A stretch of DNA of 64,000 bases from Dipteris shenzhenensis (lineage: Eukaryota), in the NCBI GenBank assembly GCA_047967505.1, contig CM106538.1; one strand, 5' to 3'. The stretch's first letter is position 1. The number at the start of each line of letters is the position of its first letter. This document shows positions 1-12,607 of the stretch, piece after piece. Both the position numbers and the translations under genes were made by a program. Below the pieces are notes generated by a model. It did not search any database. It had not been told where the DNA came from and saw nothing but the letters and a program-made list of their open reading frames with translations.

Positions 1-2720
1 TGGCTTTATATCGGTGGTATCGCCGGTAGTAATGATCCTTTTGCCCTTGCAAGATGGACTGGGAAGTCTAGAGGGTGGCCAACTGCGTCCGAAGATCTGT
101 GAATTCTTCCTACATGGATGAACGCTTCTTTTCCAATTCAGCCACTGTGGATTCTGATTTTTCCTTGGCAATCTCAGAGGAAGACGACGACTCTTTTAAC
201 TGTGTAATCTCTTGGTGAAATCTGGTCACCTCTGTGACATGCTGGCTTTGCAAAGTTGCCAGAGCTGCTGCATGTTGGCTGCATAGTGTTGTCATTTATG
301 CTTCCCATTCCTGCTTGTGATTATGGAGGCGATCCTCAAGGGCAGCCTGCTGAATGTTCCAAGCGATGTCACGCTCATGTATTGCTGAGTCCTCCTCTTT
401 CTGCCACCTTTCCTCCTGTTGTCGAAGTGTCACTTCAGTGGCGCGCTGCCGGGCTGCCTGTGCTCTCTCGAATTCTACCTTCAAATGTTGCTGTTGAGAG
501 AGGAGCTTATGAGCATAACCTGTGGAATTGAAGACCGTTGTCCCAAGCTGCGTGAAGGTGCCATCCATGATACGCTGAGCAAGATGCAAGGACCTTTTCA
601 TCCACGCATACCTATCGCTGTAATTCATCGTGTCTGCCAAATTAATCACGTCCTCCAATTCCTCAAACATGTCAGGGAGAGCTCCCTCTTCCTCGGTTTC
701 CTGTAGGTGCCAATTTGTCTAAGTGCACAAAACATGTTGGGGCCCTGGAGATCTTTCTGCTCTGTGCGAGGCATTCCTGGAAGGGAATGGTGAAGATTTG
801 ATTGAGATCCTCCTCTTCCCCACATACTGGTGAGCGTTTCTTGTGAAGGACAGATAGTAGTTGGCTGTAATCTTCATTATGTTTTTCCACCAGGGAAATA
901 TTTGAAAGAGGTGGGCCTGATGAAGCAGCTATGTAAGGTGTGAACATATCATTCTCATGAAGGGGTGGGCAATCCACAGATTGGGGCAAAATCCCTCCCT
1001 CAAATACCTCCTCTGATGCTGAAGTGGCCGATGGAGGATCTCCTTGGGAGGGGCTCCCACTCCAGTCTTTGCTCCTGTCTCTGTCCTGTGGTGGTCATGG
1101 TGGGGAGGCCGAAATGTGAAGTACTCCCTGGGATGACATCTTCTAAGAAAGCCCGTGGGAGTCAGGGCCTAGGCTAAGATTCAGGTCCAACACTTGGTCC
1201 AACACATGGTCAGAGGTCGCCTGAACTGTGGTGATGACTGCATTGGTGAAAGTGGTAGGAAGGGAAGATGAAACAGCTGCAGTCCTTCGTAACAATACAC
1301 CTTTCGAGGAAGTCCCTGGTACAACAATCGTATCTGGTACAACAGTCGTCGTCACTGGTACAACAGGGGGTGTATTTGGTGCAATCCCTCCCACTGAAAG
1401 TCTGGAGATCCCTGGAGAAGCTTGGACAAGTGTGACTAATGGAGATGCAAGTCTTGGCACGGGCACTAGTAAAGTGACTGATGGAGATACAAGACATGTC
1501 ACTGATGGGAAACCTCTAGCACAGGTAACAGAATATACTGAAGAAGCTCTGGCGCAGACTTCATCAGGTGGTGCTCGCCGAGGTGTCCTCCTGGTCGAAA
1601 GAGGAGAGGAGGTAGTTCCGGGGAAAGGGACACTGGAAGTGATAGTCAAAGAGATGAAAGAGGGGGTGACAGGAGGGGAGAGAGATGATGAAGGGAGGCG
1701 ACCTGTGACAATGGAAGGAGGGTTAGCCTTCCACTGGTGAAGTAAGAAGATGAGGTGGGACCCACAAGTATAGGTATATGTACCCCGACGCTTGCGGACT
1801 GTGTTACGCAAGGCAGAGTAGAAGAGTGAGGCGAAATTGTAGGGAGTGACCGAGAGAATGGAGTCTAAGGCAGAATGGATCACCTTGGTGATGAAGAAGT
1901 GGCCTGGGGCAGAGTAGAAGTGCGTGAACAAATACCTCGCTAAAAGCGCTTCTCGGCTGTTTCCCTCGAGAACCTTCTTGCACTCATGTCCTCTGCGATG
2001 AGTTTTACATGTAGACAAGAAGGACAGGAATGTGGGTGAGTCGGTGTGAGGTGGCAAAAAGGGAAGTGTGGGAAGACGGAGATATGTGGATACGAGACTA
2101 GGAGTGAACATGTGACGGGAATTCCGGAATCCAAATGTGTCTGTTGCAAAGTCATAAGACTGAATGAATGCAGTACACATTTGGACGTCCACCTAGGGAA
2201 GTGTGACATCATCAAACTCCATGAGAGACATGCGGGCTATCTCATCAGGTGACAAGATGCTAGACAGCTTTAGTGTGGGATCGAGGAAAGGTTTGAAAAC
2301 CACCTGAATGATCGAGGAAGATGAAGCAGGGGGTGGAAGATCACAAGCTGTACTTTGTGGGGCCAAATCACCGCCACCGGTACTGTGACCACTGTGCCCA
2401 CTGGATGCCTTGGATGGTGTTTTGATTGTACCTGTGGGGGGCAGATAGTCAGAGCCTCCATGATCTGAATCAGAGGAACTCGAAAATGGGGTTAGCTCCT
2501 CATCTGATATGACAGTGATCCTGTTGGAGGGAGGTGAATCGGCAGCTGCTCGAGGTCGTTTGAATCAGTGGTGCGTTTGCCAAGTGATGCCATGGAGGAT
2601 GGTCCTAATCCTGTTTTGTGGCCTGCCCGAGCCCGATGGAACTCAACGAATAAAGTATCGCGGGGTAATCTGGGTTTGTACTTGTGGCGAGGGGCACGGG
2701 TAGGCATGAACGATGGCATC
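1..2720 (-). pseudogene. Disrupted accessory ORF downstream of Gypsy pol (globular N-terminal part, S/T/P-rich linker, coiled-coil C-terminal part)
   Basis: Co-oriented ORF pieces 2492-2992, 2270-2461, 1143-2192, 672-989, 296-670 and 110-295. The C-terminal pieces are clearly homologous to 7966-9156. The start is approximate. Confidence 0.65.
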
Positions 2721-3085
2721 GTATGGAGAGGAAAAGAGTGCGGAGGGGGTGTTGATGTCGAGGTCTGGAGAGGCAAGGAGAGAGGAGGAGGTGTTGATAT
2801 CGAGGTTAATAAGAGAGGAGCCCGGAATCTGCTACAAGATAATTCCTTAGCAGAGCCACCAATGCAGGCCCATGCTTTGTATGGAGAGGAAAAGAGTGAG
2901 GAAGGGGTAGGAAAATAGTGAGGAAGGGGTCTCGCTGTCAAGGTCTGGAGAGGCAAAGAGGGAGGAGTAGGTGTTGAGGTCGAGGTTAACAAGATAGGAG
3001 CCTGGAATTTTGTACGAGAGAATCCTTAGCAGAGCCACCAGTGCAGGCCCATGCATCGTATGGAAAGGAAAAGAGTGAGGAGGGG
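2700..3085. repeat. Diverged tandem duplication, period about 180 bp
   Basis: tccttagcagagccacca(a/g)tgcaggcccatgc occurs at about 2844 and 3023 with similar flanks. Confidence 0.75.
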
Positions 3086-3149
3086 GTGTCGGTGGAGAGG
3101 TAGAGGAAGAGGACGGATGTAGAGTGATAGGGAGGGAGGGGTGACGAAG

Positions 3150-3920
3150 GGGGGGAGGAGGGCAAGGAGGGGGGAGGGGGTGACGCAGAGGGTGTAGGGA
3201 GGAGAAGGGGGGGGGGGGGGGGGGTTGCGCAGGAGAGGGGGACGTAGGCAGGTAGAGGGAGAGGGGAGAGAGGGGGTTGCGCTGGAGCGGGGGGAGGCAG
3301 GTAGAGGGAGAAGGGGGAGGGGCTGCGCAGGAGAGAGGGGGAGGGGCAGGGGCAGGGTGGCGGGTAGAGGGAGAGAGGGGGGGGGGCTGTTGCGCAAGAG
3401 AGGGGGGAAGGCACGTAGAGGGAGAGGGGGGAGGGGCTGCGCAAGAGAGAGGGGGAGGGGCAGGGTGGCGGGTAGAGGGAGAGAGGGGGGGGGGGCTGTT
3501 GCGCAAGAGAGGGGGGGAGGCAGGTAGAGGGAGAGGGGGGAGGGGCTGCGCAGGAGAGAGGGGGAGGGGCAGGGTGGCGGGTAGAGGGAGAGAGGTGGGG
3601 GGCTGTGCGCAGGAGAGGGGGGGGAGGGCAGGTAGAGGGAGAGGGGCTGCGCAGGAGAGAGGGGGAGGGGCAGGGTGGCGGGTAGAGGGAGAGAGGTTGG
3701 GGGCTGTGCGCAGGAGAGGGGGGGGAGGGCAGGTAGAGGGAGAGGGGGGAGGGGCAGGGTGGCGCATAGAGGGAGAGAGGGGGGGGGGGCTGTTGCCCAG
3801 GAGAGGGAGCTGCGTGGAGAGGGAGAGAACTCGTTGCCAAGGAGAGGAGAGCTGGGAGGAGGAGCTGGTTGCCAAGGAGGAGGGAGAGAGTTGGTTGCCA
3901 AGGAGAGGAGAGCTGGGAGG
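3150..3920. repeat. G-rich degenerate tandem repeat
   Basis: Recurrent ggcaggtagagggagaggggg, gctgcgcaggagagaggggg and gggcagggtggcgggtagaggg modules. Confidence 0.9.
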
Positions 3921-4039
3921 AGGATAGTTGGCTGCCAAACTAGCGCGCTTTTGAGTGTGGTGTGTAAGGGGTGGAGAGAACCGATGGAGGGGAGAGAGAG
4001 CCAAAAAGCAAATCCACCAAACTTAACCTTATCCACCAA

Positions 4040-4120
4040 AAATAGCATATCCACTAAATTTAGCATATTCGTCAAATTTAGCATATTTGCCAATTTTAGC
4101 ATATTCGCCACATTTAGCTA
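4040..4120. repeat. 18-bp minisatellite, about 4-5 copies
   Basis: aatttagcatatt(c/t)g(t/c)ca repeated. Confidence 0.8.
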
Positions 4121-4319
4121 AGTGCCAAAAATAGGTTGGATGTGCATCGCGAGGATGATGGAAGATGGAAGAAAAAGAGATGAGTGTGACAAAGGGTGGA
4201 GAGAGAAAGTATTGGTAGGAGAGAGGTGGGGGAGTGACATAGGTTGGAGAGAGAAGGTGTTTGTAAGAGGGAGGCAGAAGAGGGAGGCAGAGGTGGAAAG
4301 GGTGGAGAGGGAATGAGTT

Positions 4320-5520
4320 TGTAAGAGAGAGGTGGGGGTTGGACAGAGGGTGGAAAGAGAAGGGATTTGTAAGAGAGAGGTAGGGGGTTGGACATAGGGT
4401 GGAAAGAGAATGTGTTTGTAAGAGAGAGGTAGGGAGTTGGACAAAGGGTGGAAAGAGAAGGTTTTTGTAAGAGGGAGGTGGAGAGTTGGACATAGGGTGG
4501 AAAGAGAAGGTTTTTGTAAGAGGGAGGTGGGGAGTTGGACAGAGGGTGGAAAGAGAAGGGTTTTGTAAGAGAGAGGTAGAAGTTAGACAGAGGGTGGAAA
4601 GAGAAGGGTTTTGTAAGAGAGAGGTAGAAGTTGGACAGAGGGTGGAAAGAGAAGGTTTTTGTAAGAGGGAGTTGGGGAGTTGGACAGAGGGTGGAAAGAG
4701 AAGGGTTTTGTAAGAGAGAGGTAGAAGTTGGACATAGGGTGGAAAGAGAGAGTTTTTGTAAGAGGGAGGTGGGGAGTTGGACAGAGGGTGGAAAGAGAAC
4801 GGTTTTGTAAGAGAGAGGTAGAAGTTGGACAGAGGGTGGAAACACAAGGTTTTTGTAAGAGGGAGGTGGGGAGTTGGACAGGGGGTGGAAAGAGAAGGTT
4901 TTTGTAAGATGGAGGTGGGGAGTTGGACAGAGGGTGGAAAGAGAAGGTTTTTGTAAGAGGGAGGTGGGGAGTTGGACAGAGGGTGGAAAGAGAAGGTTTT
5001 TGTAAGAGGGAGGTGGGAGGTGGATAGAGGGTGGAAAGAGAAGGGGTTTGTAAGAGAGAGGTAGGGGGCTGGATAGAGGGTGGAAAGAGAACCGTTTTGT
5101 AAGAGAGAGGTAGAAGTTGGACAGAGGGTGGAAAGAGAAGGGGTTTGTAAGAGAGAGGTAGAAGTTGGACAGAGAGTGGAAAGAGAAGGTTTTTGTAAGA
5201 GGGAGGTGGGGAGTTGGACATAGGGTGGAAAGAGAAGGTTTTTGTAAGTGGGAGGTGGGGAGTTGGACAGAGGGTGGAAAGAGAAGGTTTTTGTAAGAGG
5301 GAGGTGGGAGGTGGATAGAGGGTGGAAAGAGAAGGGGTTTGTAAGAGAGAGGTAGGGGGTTGAACAGAGGGTGGAAAGAGAACCGTTTTATAAGAGAGAG
5401 GTAGAAGTTGGACAGAGGGTGAAAAGAGAAGGGTTTTGTAAGAGAGAGGTAGAAGGTTGGACAAAGGGTGGAAAGAGAAGGGGTTTGTAAGAGAGAGATA
5501 GAAGTTGGAGAGAAGGTAGA
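4320..5520. repeat. 48/49-bp tandem array, about 24 copies
   Basis: gagggtggaaagagaaggtttttgtaagagggaggtggggagttggaca and a 48-bp ...gagaggtagaagttggaca variant. Confidence 0.95.
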
Positions 5521-5559
5521 ACGAGAAGGAGTTTGTAAAACAGAATGAAAAGGGGAGGT

Positions 5560-5860
5560 CGTAGTTAGAGAGAGAAAGTGACACGGAGTGAAAAAGGGAG
5601 GCCGCATTTAAAGGGTGGTCATTTAGAGAGAGAAAGTGATGCGGGATTAAAAAAAGGTCACACTTAGAGAGAGAAAGTGGCTCGGGGTGAAAAATGGAGG
5701 GCTCACTTAGAGAGAGAAAGTGACACTCGAGTGGAAAGAGAAGGACCCATGTAGAGAGAGAAAGTGGCACCAAGGGGAGAGAGGAGGAGCCATGTAGAGA
5801 GAGAAAGTGGCATTAGGGGCAGAGAGGAGGACCCTTGTAGAAAGAGAAAGTGGCCCTCAG
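5560..5860. repeat. Degenerate ~40-bp tandem repeat
   Basis: Recurrent tagagagagaaagtg core. Confidence 0.7.
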
Positions 5861-5926
5861 AGGGAGAAGATGCCACCAGGAAGGAGAAGGTAAGAGTGTA
5901 TATGGAAGGACTAGGAGGGTGTTTCC

Positions 5927-7965
5927 TCATTGATCATGGTACCTCTTGATGCGTGACCCATTCACTGGTGCAGGTAGGAGTCTGGCTTCCAAAGTGGCCA
6001 AGTAAACTCCGCCACTTGGGATAAGCTTGGCAATGAAAAATGGGCCTTTCCAACCACTTACAAACTTAGGTTTGTGTTTGAGAAACTTACTGGAATACAA
6101 GAGTACTAAATCTCCAACTTTGAAATTTCTTTTTCTGAGGTTCCGGTCATGCCAAGATTTTTGTCGTTTCTGCCACACTTCTTGAGCGAAAACTGCTTCA
6201 CGTCGATGCTCTGCTAGTGCTTCCAAATCCCACAAGCGTTCCATTGTGCAGGCTTCAAAGTTGTCATTATTGTCTGGAAGAATCCTGTGGGTGTCAAGAT
6301 GAAATTCATAAGACATAACGGCCTCCAGTCCATAAACCAGCTCGAAGGGTGAATACCCAGTACTCGCCTTGTAAGCAGTTCGATAGGCGAATAAAGCAGC
6401 TGGAAGTATGTCGTCCTAATCGGCTAAAGAACTTAGGCAAAGTCGATGCACGATCTCGCACATTGTGCGATTTGAGCTCTCAGCTAGACCATTGGCACAT
6501 GGGTAAGAGGGAGATGAAAATTTGTGAACTATTTGTAGCAGGTGAACTAGTGTAGCAATGGTATCATTTAGGAAGTGAGACCCTCTATCACTCATCAACT
6601 CAACAGGACAACCAAACCGAGAGATGATCTGGTCATATAGAAATGTGGCTACTACCTGGGCTGTATAGTTCTTGACTGCCTTGGCTTCGACCCATTTGGT
6701 TCCATAGTCGGTGGCAAGCAAAGCATACTTGTTCCCTCGGCATGTGGCAGGAGAGATGGGTCCAATGAAATCCAATCCCCAGCGATAGAAGGGAGGCACC
6801 GGAGTGAATGGTTTGAGAGGGAGGTACTCACGCCTTGTAGGCTTGGGGCCCCGCTCGTTGACATGAATCACAACTGGTCACATGAGCATGGCAGTCGTGG
6901 AAGAGCTTGGGCCACCAGAACCCTGCTCGCATGATCTTTCGAGTAGTAGCATCTAAGGCCATATGCCCTCCACCTATGCTAGCATGTGCCTCTTCAAGAA
7001 TGGATTGTGTCTCGTGCGGAAGCACACACCGTCTCAAGATCTGATCTGGTCCTTCCCGAGCTTGTACAATTGACCTGCAATCAACTTAAAAGGAGCAGCT
7101 TGAAGGATCTGCTTGCGTTTCTCTGTTGGAGTTAATCCTGGAGGAAAGCCACCTGTAGACAAGAGGTGTACTATGTTGGCATACCATGGTGGGAAGCAGT
7201 CCACCGCAAACAGGCATTCATCAGGTAGTGTCGTCATTCCGAACAAGCCCGCATCGTGTAACTCATCGGTGATACCAGTGGCTGGTTCCTCGGAATGTAA
7301 CCTGGACAAGTGGTCTGCAGGTTGATGCAGTCTCCCAGCCCTCACCACAATGTCGAATTCAAATTCTTGAAAAAGAAGAATCCATCTGCTTATCCGGCCA
7401 CCAAGAGTAGGCTTATTCAATAAATACTTGAGCTTGATGATCAGTGATGATCACAAACTTGTTGCCCAAGAGGTAGTGACGGTACTTGGTCATGGCATAA
7501 ACCATGTCGAGGCCCTCCCTTTCTATGGTACTGTAATTGTGTTCTGCTCCATTGAGTTGTCGACTCGCGAAGTAGATCGGCAAATCAATCTTGGTATCCT
7601 GGTTAGGTTGAGCCAGTATAGCACCTACTGCCCAACCACTAGCATCCACATGGACATGAAAAATTACATCCCAATCGGACTGCCTGAGGATGGGGGCCTT
7701 CACGAGGCGATGCTTCAGATCATCAAAGGCTAGTTGTTGTGGGGTGGCCCAAACAAAAGATCGGTCTTGATGTAGGAGTTCTGTTAGTGCAATAGCAATG
7801 TCGGCATAGAAACGTATGAACCTTCAGTAATATCCTACATGCCCTAAGAAGGACTTCACCTCTTTGGGTGTACGAGGGATGGGCAATGAGATGATCACCT
7901 CTACATTTGCGGGGTCCGTGGTCATGCCCTCAGCAGAAACAATATGACCAAGCAGAACACCTCGG
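5927..7965 (-). pseudogene. Gypsy pol fragment (RT C-terminus, RNase H, integrase) with stops and frameshifts
   Basis: GVLLGHIVS..G..TDP; FHVHVDASGWAVGAIL; YSTIEREGL; RISRWILLFQEFEF; GGH..C..C zinc site; WGLDFIGP; SDRGSHF; NGLAESSN; WKGPF. Confidence 0.92.
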
Positions 7966-9156
7966 AGGGAGAGAAAGAAACATTTGTCAGGGTTCAATCA
8001 TATACGCACTCACTGCACCGAGCACTTCCAACATCACCTGTGCTAAGGTCCGACTCGATTCCAGGGTATCTATTTGAGGGTGGTCTCTTGCCGGAGTGTC
8101 TAGAGTGTCCTCCTCTGCATGAGAATGATATGATGTCCATCTATCTTGCTACCTCATCTGAACAATCATTCTCCACAATGGCACAGATACATAGAGAAGA
8201 GGAAGATTACAAGCGTTTGCTCACTGGAATGAAAAGGAAGAGGTCTCCTGCCAACCTGGAAGAAGAGGACATTAATGAGCTATTCGCTATTGCTCTATAG
8301 GAGACCTTGGCATGAAACAACCGCGCTACCAGAGCACCTACAGATTACATCGGACTCAATCGTCTAACGAGTGTGGCAGCCTTGGACGTAGTGGAGCAGA
8401 AAGGCATGAAGGCCAACTTTGAAGAGCTAGGGAATGTCATCAATATGGCTGATCGCATGTCTTTCAATGACAGGTATGCTTGGGCTTAAAGGTCGTTGCA
8501 TTTACATAAGCGAATCGTGGATGACACCTTTGCCCAGTTAGGGGCTGCTGATTTTAATGCAACAGGCCATACACAGATGCTCGTGTGCCAGAAGCAACAT
8601 CCGAAGCTCGAAATGGAAAAAGAAGCATGTGTGCAGGGGCAACAATACAACGAACAACTCCAGAGCAAGGAAAGCGCCTATAACACGGAGATGGACAGGT
8701 TGAAAGCACAACATGAGCAGCACTTACATGAGAGGGACTCTCAACTCCAGGAGGTTTTATGCACACATACCACAGAAAGAGATAGGCTGGCACAAGACCT
8801 AAGTATACTTCAAGCAAAACAAACATGACTGCCTAGCCACTTCACATTTTGCAGTAGAGAGGAGGATAGCTGAGTTGGAGTTGCAACTTCAGATTCAAGA
8901 GCAGGACCTCAAGGAGATACAAGGGCAGCACTCTACATTACAAGATACACATGCCATAGTCAATGCAGAGCTACTATCCCTGCATGCAAAGCATACTACT
9001 TTGCAGGTTGAGCATACTACTGTGCAGTCCGAGCGTGACCTCTACAGATCAAAATATCACCGATACAAAGGGAAATATGAGGATCTCCAGAATGTGATGG
9101 ACACCGTTGAGGAAGAGAATGATCAAGTGTCTAGAGTCTCTGTAGCACCATCTTAG
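7966..9156 (+). pseudogene. Second copy of the Gypsy accessory ORF (C-terminal, coiled-coil), with stops
   Basis: CPPLHENDM, KRSP..EEED.N..F, FEEL..VIN.AD.M...DRYAW..RSLHL..RI.D.TF.QLG...FN.TG are shared with the minus-strand copy. Confidence 0.8.
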
Positions 9157-9649
9157 GGCAGAGATGAACAATGACATATGTTTCAGCAGGAGGGGTTTTG
9201 TATATAGTTAGCTTGTTGCCTCCTCATTGTGGCATCTCTTGTTAGCATGTTTGCTTCTCCGCTGGTTTTGGTATTGCGTGAATTTGGTTCCGTTTTCAGC
9301 TCAAGACATTTGTACATAATCCGCCTTGTCTGGCTGTTTTTCTTGGATTTCAGCACACTGTTGTAATAAAGGAGGTCTTTTTATTGGCCAATGGCTTCTG
9401 TAAAGCAGTTTGATCAACACATTTTTGTAACCAGTGGTTCAATAAAGTTTTCTTTCAACTCCACTCTTGTGAAACACAATGGATCTAGATCGGTGGTGAT
9501 ACATTTGGAAGCTGGGTGACTCTGATATGTTTTCGATAGGACCTTTTGCTTCACCTATGACAATTCTTGTATTTAGCAAAGGCATTCTTCCTGCACATCT
9601 TTCAATATCACTTATTCACCGAGACGGTGTATGATAGTGGCGGGGGAAT

Positions 9650-10600
9650 TGTTATACTGAGATCATGCAGGACCAGTCACTTAGTGAGAGGATGACATGG
9701 TCACAAGGATGACATAAGTTAGGGGATGACATGGTCGCAAGGATGACACAAGTCATGGCGATGACATGGTCACAAGGATGATACAAGTCATGGCGACAAT
9801 GACTACATGGTTGCAGGATGACACAAGTCATCGAGAGGATAGGATGGCATAGTCACATGGGGACATAGTCATCAGGAGGGCATATCACCCAAGCACATGG
9901 TCATGCGTCAAGGGTCTTCATGTCGCGCAGTCACACTCCACCAACCTCTACAGACCTGATTGATTGGTGGCATAGATGTTCATCTGGCGGTGCCTTGTCA
10001 GATATAGGGTGGCTGTAGGCGGTGCACATGGAGTAGTTACAATGCACAGACTCGGCACAAGCTGGCCGTGGTAGGAGACATGAAGAGACTCAGCGGCGGG
10101 ATGGCTAAGGATGAGGGGACAGCCAATAGGAGAGAGGGAGGGGATTTTTCCATCCGAAAGGCGAGGGTGAAGAGGGGAGATGAGGGGGATGGGGATGGAT
10201 GGAGCATTGTACGGGGATTGAGAGTGAGAAGGAGAGAGGCTAGAGCTACAAGCTCACCTGTTGCATTGCTATGGTGTATTGATATTGCTGCACTGTGGTG
10301 GATGAGTGATCTTTGATCTTTGTTTGGAGGGACTAGTGTATGAGGATCCCTTTATTCTATGATACACACTTGCTCACGTTGTGCTCTTGTCTACCGCTTT
10401 CTTTGTTATCTGTTATTAGTGTTGTTCCTTCTTATCTCCTTTTTGGGTTTGTTCTTCGAGTTCTAGTTCTCAGCACTCTATAGCACCTCATAGGTTCACA
10501 CATCACGCAGTGTAGTGCAGCTGAGGTAGGGTTGTGTCATAGGTCTACACATCACCCACTTCACGCTTCTCACATAGGTGGCCTTAGGCCTCCGTTAACA
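9650..10600 (+). repeat. LTR (~951 bp) with internal gatgaca(t/c) tandem repeats at about 9690-9870
   Basis: Inverted termini TGTTA...TAACA, directly after a PPT. No partner LTR in the window. Confidence 0.7.
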
Positions 10601-11529
10601 CCTCCGAAAGTGAGCGGACCTCCCTCTCAGACAGCGGAGGATAGAGATGTCATCATGCGGGAGATGGAGAAGCAATTTTTTGGGAAAATGAGGATAGCTC
10701 AGCTCATGTGGAGGAGAAGAGGCAATGAACAGCAATGGCATGCATAATGACACCAATGGTCGATGTAGCAGTTACTCTCTTCAAGTAGGTCGTTTCTTTA
10801 AAAATGGGCTCCAAATGAGATCGTTTTTAGGGCGACCAGTAGTAGAAACATCTCCACAATAGTAAGCAAACATTTTCTTCACAAAAATGCCCCCAAAACA
10901 AACAAAAGCGAGCTGTTTTTTTGCAAAAAACGGGCTGTTTTTAAAACAAAAAACGAGCTGTCTTTTCTCTCTACGAATGCACCCACAAGAATGGTGACCG
11001 AGTTGCTCCTTTGTGGGCAGCAATCCAAGCTCCATAGCTTCCAAAGGTGAGGCTAAGGTAGGAGAAGAGAGCAAAATGTGGAGAAAGGAGTGTAAGGGAG
11101 CTCGATCATGGAGGAGAGGATGGATTCCTTTTACGGGCTTCCCTGATCCTCTAGATTGAGCATGGAGAAGGGAAAGGTAGGAAAGGAGGCTCTCATGAAG
11201 GTGGATGGTGGAGAGGGAGAGGGAATGTAGGCTAGGGAGAGAGATAATAATACTCAAAGAGAGACATGATGAAATGGAAATGAAATAGCAAGAGCAATGA
11301 GCAAAATGAAAGTACTCACATATAGACCAAAGAGCTTGTAGGCTTGATACTTAATTGATTTGACACTAGACAAGTACAACTCTTATATAGAGCACACACA
11401 CACATATGAACACCAATGCATATGGAGAACTCTCAATGTGACACGTGGCATCCATAGGACACACTAGACTAGAACTCACACTAGAAGACACCAAACTGAC
11501 TCATCTTGACTTCATATTCTAACACATAG

Positions 11530-12513
11530 GTCGAATCCAATTTCTTAGGGCGAGACAAGACTATCTCTAGCCCCACACCTCTTTTCAGTCTAGTCTATAT
11601 GTAATGTCATTAATCTTCTTCAAGATTAAGAAGGATCATAGTTCCTAGGGAAAAACTTTTCTACCAACCTGCACCCCGTCCATAACGTCTTTGAATCCTT
11701 TAGTATAAAAAAATATACCCGTATTCCCTCAAAAAAGTTGTTGGGCAAACATCATCTATCACCATAAACATCTCTTGCATATCCTACAAGAAATACTTAG
11801 CTGCATCTAGTTAAATACCCTCCAATCCAGCCGTCACAATAGACCTAGGTTGATATCCATACTTAAGCATAGATGGGCTGAAACCACTGGCCATATTCCA
11901 TGGGATGTACTTCTCCCAACCAGATGGCCTCTTGGAGACATGTACTCAAAGCATATCTTCCAAGACGTGATTCACTCTTTCTGTTTGTCCATTTGACTTA
12001 GGATGATCAACGGAACTCATGCTTAAAGTGATTCCTAACTTTTTAAACACTGCTTGCTAGAAACTCTTAGACAACTTCAGATCTCTATCACTGTCTATAT
12101 CACAAGGCAGCCCATAGACCTCAGCCCGTAGACCTAAACAATTGCTCAACAAATTGATGAGCCAGTTTAGTAGTTGTCTTTGTGGTGGGTTAAAATCTTG
12201 CCATCTTCTTCAATCTATCAGCCACAACCCAAATAGCACCATGCCCTCATTGGGTTCATAGTAATCCACATTGAAGTCCATGGAAATACTCTCCCATTTA
12301 CTTCTAGGGATGTTTATAGATTACAAAAATCCTCCATCCCTAAGGTGCTCTACCTTATTTATTTGACACTGCTGGCATTTTGCCACACAGTCAGTAATCT
12401 CGGCCTTCATCTTAGGCTAGTAAAATTTCCTTTTTACTAAATCATAGGTTTTCTGAATTTCTAGATGACTTGTGTTTGGAGTGTCATGACATTCATATAG
12501 GATCCTTCTCTAT
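11530..12513 (-). mobile_element. Degenerate Gypsy (chromovirus-like) integrase relic
   Basis: Minus-strand translation shows CHDTP..SH..C..CQ, SISMDF and LSMSSVDHPKSNGQTERVNHVLEDML. Confidence 0.75.
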
Positions 12514-12607
12514 TGTCATGACGTATGGCTGATTATGGTTTTCAGATTATTATGTGGTGACTCTAAATAACCAGAGCTTGACAAAACCATGAATGGTGAG
12601 ATCCGAG

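Larger units (their letters stand above)
1..7965 (-). mobile_element. Ty3/Gypsy LTR retrotransposon, non-chromovirus (Athila/Tat-like), 5'-truncated; pol, repeat-rich spacer and extra 3' ORF running off the left edge
   Basis: Domain order RT end-RNase H-integrase on the minus strand. The integrase ends PVNGSRIKRY* with no chromodomain. Confidence 0.85.
7966..10600 (+). mobile_element. 3' part of a related Gypsy element: accessory ORF C-terminus, 3' UTR, PPT and 3' LTR
   Basis: ORF homology to 110-989. PPT-like gtggcgggggaa ends at 9648, followed by TGTTA at 9650 and TAACA at 10600. Confidence 0.75.

Noticed and set aside
2847-4111. Extensin/proline-rich ORFs
   Set aside because: Open in several frames only because the G/C repeat lacks stop codons; no signal peptide or gene structure
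4029-5773. Long repetitive ORFs, or a CRISPR-like array
   Set aside because: Contiguous tandem monomers with no unique spacers, in a eukaryotic TE context
11260-11524. Possible solo LTR ending in TAACA
   Set aside because: No convincing start, TSD or partner found
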